Positions 56,542-64,000 of a stretch of 64,000 nucleotides of DNA are shown piece by piece. Source of the stretch: Paramecium tetraurelia (taxonomy: Eukaryota); contig CT868664.1 of the NCBI GenBank assembly GCA_000165425.1, positions 248,001 through 312,000 on the forward strand, in the 5' to 3' direction. The translations under genes were made by a program, and so were the position numbers. The notes below the pieces were generated by a model that saw only the letters and a program-made list of their open reading frames with translations, was not told the origin of the DNA and did not search any database. Position 1 is the stretch's first letter. Each line of letters opens with the position of its first letter.

Positions 56542-58730
56542 TCAGAAATAATATTTTTATAGTATTTTCTTCAACAAATTAGTGTCCACAGGCTTAGGCA
56601 GTATTTCTTTCATCCCCGATTTCATAGCGTAATCAATATTCTCTTTACTGTCATATGCACTACACATGATCACTACACACTAGATTTAATGATGTGAAAA
56701 CACCTACAATATTTCTTTGGTTGCCTAACATCCATCCATCTCTGGCATATCAATATCCATGAATATCAACTTGTACCCACATTTACACTGAGTTACTTTC
56801 TATTTAGCCATCTCTATTGCCATCTAACCATCATAGGCACTATCAACTTTCACGTTGAAATATTTTAGTACAGTCGATAATGCCAGATGATTAAATGGAA
56901 TATCATCACAAATCAACACACTAACACATTGACACTTGATCCTTCCTATACTTTTGTAAGGCTCTTGGATGTGATCTTCTGTAGGCTCGACAGTCTGATC
57001 CAAATACTACTTCATGTCCTTCACATAGAATTTGCTTTTCGTGTATTGATTAACTGAACTGAAAATACTTAAATCTCCAGTATCGCATAATTTCCTGGCA
57101 ATCTGACTACTCACTTTCAATCCTAATCCAACATATTACATATAGTCCTCATCTCCCCTCCTACTCCAATCTAACTCGCAATTCTTTAAAATCTTGGTTA
57201 TCAAATACAACTTCTCTACTGGAATTCCACAACCTGTATCGAACACTTCAAATTAATATATAGACCCAGCCCTTTACACTACGAAATGTATTTCTCCTTT
57301 TTATTTTGTATATTTGACTGAGTTATTCATTAAATTCACTATGATTTGCATTATTCTATCATAATCGCTACTAATGTATGTATCATCACAACTTGTTATA
57401 GTAAGGGTGATTTATTTTTATTCGCATTCTGCTTTAAAGTAGTCCTCAATTGTTTTAATGATGGTGGACAATTTGAATAATTGAGGTCTTAATTTAAAAG
57501 TTTAGGCTTCAAAATTTGCGTAATCCAAAATATCGTTTATTTGATGTAATAACTTTTTGTTGGATATTATTGCAGGTTTCAAATATTAGTCATTTAGTTC
57601 TCCTTTGAGATTCTAATCTAATATCTGTAATAATTATAAGGAACAATTTAAGGGAGTTCTCAATTCATGGGAAAAGGAGTTGATCAATTTCGAATAAAAT
57701 CGATATCTCTCTTGCATATCTTACTGGTATTCAAAATCTGTTATGTTTTCAATCACTATCATGCAACCATTTGCGATATCGTATATTCTTATTTCAAAGG
57801 TTTTCCCAGTATTAGTATCTTTATATTTTAATACATTTATTTTTGTTTCTTCCAGGTTTTTAATTTTGTGTTTATGTATGATTTGAGCTATATCAGATAC
57901 GTTACTAACGTTGGTTGTCTTCTATTATTACAAGGTCGCTCTTCTTTGTTGGCAGAATGATTGCAAGCGTTTGATTGGGAAATCTGACTATTCATCTAAG
58001 GATTCAAAAATGGACTTGTGTCTCTCGTTTTTCCGAAAGCTGCCATTCTGTTGGGATTGCAAATACGCTCTAAATCATGGATATGAATACCTTTAAATCA
58101 TCAGAAATAATGCTTATTATAAATTGTTTTCAATTTATGAGGAAATATATTTTCTAACTTTATTATTGGAACTAACGACTTAAAGGTTATTATCAAGTAA
58201 GCAGACTCCACAAGGGATTCTGTTCAGGATGTCGTATAATTCTACAGATTCCATCATCAATCCCATATTAAGATAATTTTGATTTCGATTTATCAATTAT
58301 GAATTTCTCTAGAATGGTTTTCTTTCCTGCAAATAATATGAATTATCCTTACCTTTTCACACAAATAAATAAATAAAGCAACAAATTGAACGCCAAAATA
58401 AACCCAGTCTATAATTTCGAAATTAAATGCATTCATTGTGCTAATTCTTACGCTGTAAAATACTAGTAATATCCACTTATGGGTAATTTTGCTGTATAAA
58501 GTCGCCACAATTGATGGTGTGAATGGGGCATCATAAAAACACAATTCCAATAGGAGTGAGATTCTAAAGTATTTCCAAACTAAACGTTCACTTTTGAAGA
58601 GCAAGAGTAAAACAATTATAAGAGCAGCAGATATGGCAATTAGATGGACATTCTTTGATATGCTTGCACTAATTAAATGCTTTATGGCAAAAACCAAGTG
58701 AAGACATCGTTTATATTTATGAAAAATCAT
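56542..58730 (-). CDS. Hybrid sensor histidine kinase (TM, HisKA, HATPase, receiver)
   Basis: N-terminal TMs; H-box SFSHELRTPLN; N-box QIIVNLMNNSVKYT; G-boxes DTGCG and GLGL; receiver CDDIPFN...LMDIDMPEMDG...LPKPV. Confidence 0.93.
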
Positions 58731-59056
58731 TTATTTTGATCATATTTGACTTATAAATTGTATAATCAGCACTAAAATAAAGAAAATAAAACTCTGATTC
58801 CCAGCATTGATTTGTTGATAATAGAATGTTAAATCAAACTGTACAAAAAAACAAAAATCTTTAGTATGACATAAATTATTTTAAAATACTTCTTCTTATA
58901 TTAAATCTCTAAGTAATTAAATAATTTAAATGCCTAGACAATTATTTTTCAAATTGAGATAGACATTCATTTATTCAAATCATAAATACGTATTGTCATT
59001 ACTTCGAATGGATTTACGTATCAATACAAATAAGATTAATGTTTTTATGTAAATAA

Positions 59057-59992
59057 TCAATTTTAGGTATATATAGATGATAATTAAATTGATGGGCTTT
59101 AAGAAAAGTCTCTTCCTTCTCTAATAAATTTTAATATGCCAATAAACTTCTTAATTGAACTTTTCATTTCTTCATTTTAACCTTATCCTACTGCCCAAAT
59201 TAATTTCTCAATAATTTCCATATCTATTCTCCTAAAATAAAATGGCTTGTCAGTAAATATTCCAATAATGGATTGAAGCACTATATGATAATTTGGTTAC
59301 TCTTAAGAAAAATATAATATAGATCTTGCATATTATTTACTCATTTTCTAAAAAAATTCGTACCATTCAGACAGCATAGTTTTATTCTCATACATCTTTT
59401 CCCAACAAATTAAAATCAAATTTTGAAACTAGTTGATTTGACTCAAATACATCTAATGGTTGAGCTTAATTGAACTTAAAACTCTATCATAGTGTCTATT
59501 TTTTAGAATTTAATCATATCTAATTTTTTTTCTTTATTCCTCTGTTACTAACCCATATATTTTAAAAACCAATTTTTAAATCTGTTCCTGTTATTCATTC
59601 TTATCTTTGACTAATTCAAGACTGCATATGTGATTTGTAGTATCAATAATCACAAATTCATGTCTCATCGCTTATCCAGTTAATGCCCAAGTGAAAATAG
59701 TTGCAATACCTGATGGAAAATACTACCAAATAGATTAGCAACATCTGTCAATTTAAATTATCTTCTCTTTCATCACTTCAGACAATTAAATGGCATTAAT
59801 GGGTTTATCATTATATAATATTTGCTTACAAAATTAACCTCTTTCCAATTCTTTTTCCAATTCTAAATTGATTCCATTGGCTTTTTATGCCTCCTCTAGC
59901 CTTACCAATGAAGTCACCGAATTTAAACATGCTGAAGCCAAAGCTATTAAGGAATTTGCTATAAGAAGTTCTGATCCTGCTAAGACAATCAT
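59057..59992 (-). CDS. Hypothetical protein, tandem paralog A (permuted papain-like motifs)
   Basis: Intronless 312-codon frame MIVLAGSELLIANSL...MRHEFVIIDTTNHICSLELVK...WYEFFQKMSKQYARSII. Confidence 0.75.
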
Positions 59993-60196
59993 TTTTTAGA
60001 AATAGTTAATTCAATATTGTTAATAATCAATTATGATTTTGATTAGCGCATTTAAATCTTCTTGATAGAATAAGGTTCTAAATTTCTAATAGAATTTTTG
60101 TATAAAAAATATTTATCATGTTAATTTTAAATAAAATGAATAAATCAATACTAATTAAAAGATTTTTTATATTTTCATATCTATATATATGTTAAT

Positions 60197-61111
60197 TCAA
60201 TTGACGAGGGTTTAAGAAAAGTCTATTCCATTTCTAATAGAGGATACTAGTCTTATAAAATTATTGATGGAACTTCTCATTTAATCAGATATCTTTGATC
60301 CGTGCCAAAGCATTTTTTCGAATGCAATCATATCTAATCTTGGCAAAAAGAGTGGCTTATCAGTAAAAATTCCAAAAATCGATTAAAGTACAATATCATA
60401 ATCTGGTTGTTCTAATGAAAAATAATATATAGATCTTGCATATTATTTACTCATTTTCTAAAATAAATTAAAAAAATTAGCTGTTCTACTTTTGTTCTAA
60501 TAAATCTTTCTCCAACTAATTAAAAGCAAATTTGAAAAATAATTGATCTGACTCAAATACAACTGATAGTTGAGCTTTGTTGAACTTAAAACTCTATCGT
60601 ATGATCTCTTTGCTAGGATTTGATTTCGTTTAATTTTTCGTTATTCCTGTGTTTCTAACCCATATATGTTAAAAACCAATTTTTAAATCTGTTCCTGTTA
60701 TTCATTCTAAACTTTCACTAATTCAAGGCAGCATATGTGATTTGTAGTATCAATAATCACAAATTCATGTCTCATCGCTTATCCAGTTAATGCCCATGTA
60801 AAAATAGTTGCAATACCTGATGGAAAATACTACCAAACAGATTAGCAACATCTGTCTATTTAAATTATCGTCTCATTCATCACTTCAGACAATTAAATGT
60901 CATTAATGGGTTCATTATTATATAATATTTGCTTACAAAATTATCCTCTTTCCAATTCCAATTCTTACTCTAATAATATATTAATTCCTTGAGTCTGCTA
61001 TGTGTCTGATAGTCTTACTAATGAAGTAATGGAATTGGCCAATAGTGGAACTAATTCAATCAAGACATCTCCAATCCATGCTGCTTCAGCTCCTGTAACT
61101 AGTGCAATCAT
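60197..61111 (-). CDS. Hypothetical protein, tandem paralog B (permuted papain-like motifs)
   Basis: Intronless 305-codon frame MIALVTGAEAAWIGD...MRHEFVIIDTTNHICCLELVK...FFNLFQKMSKQYARSIY; long near-identical DNA blocks shared with paralog A. Confidence 0.75.
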
Positions 61112-61630
61112 AATTTCTAATTTTATAATTCAATATATTTATTAATGAAAATATGAATTTAATTTAAGACATTTGAAGATTAGATCCAGAATAATTTTTA
61201 GAAAATTATAATTGAAATAATATATAAAGAATTTTATAATTTAAATTGATAACCAAAGATTTTATATATTTGTTGCATTGAAATTTTATGCATTTAATCC
61301 TACTTCACAGTTAAGTGCGCTTCTAAACTAAATTTTCATGATGATTTTATATAGATATCCTCCTATTAACTTATCATTTTTAATTTCCAATTCTTTTCGT
61401 TAAACCCAACAAAAAATTAATTTAGAATATTAATTAACCACTTTAAACTATATAGTTGATTCTCTCGTCATAAAAGTTAAAGGAATTTCAGCAATAATAA
61501 ACAGAATATAATTAGTATATAGATTAATAAATAACATTAAATTGAAGAGGGTTATGAATAATTTTTGATTTTAAGATAGATTCAATGATTAATATATTAA
61601 TTCTAATTAATGACACATTGTAAGGAATAT

Positions 61631-64000
61631 TCACTTTTATTAGTGTTGAGGAGAAAAGTGCTTACTTTTTCTTGTGGACTAAGTATAGACTTTGGATTTC
61701 TCTTTAATTTATTTAAGTTTTTCTGGTTCGCCTTGATTGAATCTTGTTAACGCAAGGTTACTATCACTGAATTTAATCTAATTTATGTAAATAGAAATAC
61801 CTCAAAGTTTATCTTCTATAATAGAGGTCTCTTAAAATGGAACAAAGGAGATTGTTCTTCTTAGTTTTTAGTCATTAGACTCTTAATTTTCATCAATTTT
61901 CCTAAATCAAGTGACATTTTCAACTTATTAATTTCTAATTTACATTGATCCTTGAAAGTCCATTGAGTTTGACCACAATTTTATTCAAAGCTAGGTATAT
62001 CCATATTAGAAGTTATCTATTCTATGATATAGATAGAATTAAATACCGGCTTTCAATAACTCTCCTGTTTTTTAATTGTTATTCAATTGATATTTGACCA
62101 ACACATTTTCAAAACAACCAAACATATTGATGACATAAAACTCTCCATTTTCTGGTTGTATTTACTCCCTATAATCTATGAACAAAGATTCATTCATTGC
62201 CTATTCTTACTATGTGAGCTCATTGTCGATATCAGGCAATTTCAATTATATCTTTTACTTCTTCAAGTTGATTTACCCTCTGCTAAATGTAGCAATAATC
62301 ACATTATAATCCTAGGAAGTCTCTGGTAGTACAAATTAAGAATTGGTGATTTCAATTTAATAATTAAAATTATCCTTCTCCTTAAGGAAATCCTCCTCAT
62401 GCTTTATTTGCAATTACAAATCAAAGTCTTTTTAATATTTTTCTTTCAATTCATCCAAATTCTTCTACAATATTGCTTCCACTCTTTACTTAAATGCTTG
62501 AAGTTCATTGATGTATCTTGAAATCAAATAAAATCTCATGTTCCTGATTGAGATTATCTTGTTCTCTATGTTGAAAACCACAACCTACTTACTATCAATG
62601 GGTTCAATCAAATTTTGATATACTGTTTTTTCTCCTGGTGAGTTCTATGGTTTCATCTCTATTTGTTGAATTGACAATTACAAATTGGTCTAATTCCTCT
62701 TATTTAAATAAATTGAATGAAATTGGAACAAAAAGAAGTCCTTCTCCTACTCCTGCAATTTAACAATCAATGATTCAATTATAAGTTCCGATGCAAACTT
62801 ATAAGCCTTCTTGTAATTATTGATTTGATTAACGAATATGTTCACTTGTTTTTCTTCCCTATCGAAAGCATTAAGTTCTTGCTGGAATATGTATTTCAAT
62901 AAATGTTATTTCAATGAGATCGTTTCTTCTATATTTATTAGATAGAAACTATTGATTGCGATCAATAAGTCCTAAACCTTCTATTGAGAAAGCAATATTT
63001 TGGCTTATTCCACCTTTGCCTTCACCAAAGGATACGAATTTTGGAATGACAAATTAATATGTAAAGCATACTTAGCTCTTTATCCTCCAATATCCTTTCC
63101 TGGCATAACTAGCAAGTTCTCCTTTTATTTACCCATAATACTGATTTGGATGTCATCGACTGATAAACTCAGTTCTCCCTTGCTTTTGGTCACCAACACT
63201 ATTTTAATGTCCACCTAAGACACCTAATTGAAATTAAATTTGATGGTGTCACATCTCAAGATCTGATCCTCCTCGTAATTGTTGATAGATGACCTGGTTT
63301 TAGGAATCTAAATGTTGCTAATATTCTATGGGTAATAGCTTTGAATGGCTCTCTTTTGTATGGGATTGAATCTCTATCTTTCCATCAAGTAGATTTAGAC
63401 AAAGGCTCTCAATTGACTAAGCTTAAAGAACGTTTCATTGGATTTCAAGTAAATATTCTAGATGATTGCACATACAATCATGTCATCAATGACCTTCAAA
63501 GGATTCTCCTTTAATTTGACTTTGTTCTTTTCCTTTTTCAAGAGATCCTAATTGACTAAATTAAAGGCATTTTCCTAGATGTTCATTATTGTGGATATGT
63601 TTTTCAGTATGGTAATAACATTGTAGGTGGCAAATTGATTACTAAATGTGGCTTTGATATTCTCGATAGCAAAGAAGAGTTTCATTTTTGAGTGTCTCTC
63701 CTAGTAAATATCTTCAGCCACATTCAAGAGCAGATTGGCTCTCAAAGGCTTATGAAAGTAGAATAACAAATAGATGGGATCCTTAACACTTTACTAATCA
63801 ATTAAATTATTCTATGATTGCTAGTCCTTCTCTTCATACTCAGCAAAATCATGATTGAACATCTCTAGCTCTTTGTTTCTGCAATAGAAAATGAATTTAT
63901 CATCCAGTTTGTCACTTAAGATTTAGGATTCTTAAACGAAAAGTTAAGGCTCAAAGACAATATGAGTTTTCTCGATATTGGTTTCATCAATCTCATCTGG
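61631..64000 (-). CDS. C-terminal part of a large hypothetical protein (possibly VPS13/repeating beta-groove-like); N-terminus beyond window end
   Basis: Table-6 frame open from the window edge, with alternating amphipathic beta-strands and helices (e.g. ELSLSVDDIQISIMG...ALHINLSF...VKAKVEQAKILLSQQKVQDLLIAINSF); intron ~61778-61800. Confidence 0.55.

Noticed and set aside
56542..58730. Histidine kinase as a bacterial horizontal transfer or contaminant
   Set aside because: It uses TAA/TAG as Gln and has a ciliate-type micro-intron; hybrid histidine kinases are a known ciliate family.
63450..63480. Putative ultra-short (<20 nt) intron
   Set aside because: The GT...AG segment is 18 nt, in frame and stop-free, so no intron is required.

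Overview
Gene-dense, very AT-rich eukaryotic DNA that reads as ciliate macronuclear sequence, most likely Paramecium. Coding frames stay open only if TAA/TAG are read as Gln and TGA is the sole stop (translation table 6), and genes carry tiny ~20-30 nt GT(A)...AG introns. The supplied standard-code ORF track therefore only shows fragments, and I re-read the genes by hand. About 36 protein-coding genes fill the window, often with spacers of only 12-80 bp. Recognisable ones are an AB-hydrolase lipase, a mitochondrial carrier, a cathepsin D-like protease, an EF-hand protein, Shulin/DNAAF9, SPATA17, a divergent cytochrome c, two USP deubiquitinases, PCF11, TTLL1 (with a 1-nt frameshift), ORC1/CDC6, a large PAS/multi-TM protein, a tetraspanin, two Ser/Thr kinases, a PX protein, a Nup93-like protein, PP2C, V-ATPase subunit E and a hybrid histidine kinase. 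The most interesting items are a head-to-head pseudokinase and pseudo-carboxypeptidase receptor-like pair with start codons 12 bp apart, further apparent pseudoenzymes (DHHC->HHHS, a degenerate DSP, a tandem permuted-papain-like pair with Cys->Ser), a 70-aa CDK-inhibitor-like microprotein, a CAF-1 p150-like motif protein and a TFIIS-domain-II-like protein. I saw no rRNA, tRNA, CRISPR, telomere or transposon. All family calls come from motif recognition by eye, not from database searches, and gene ends and starts were counted manually.
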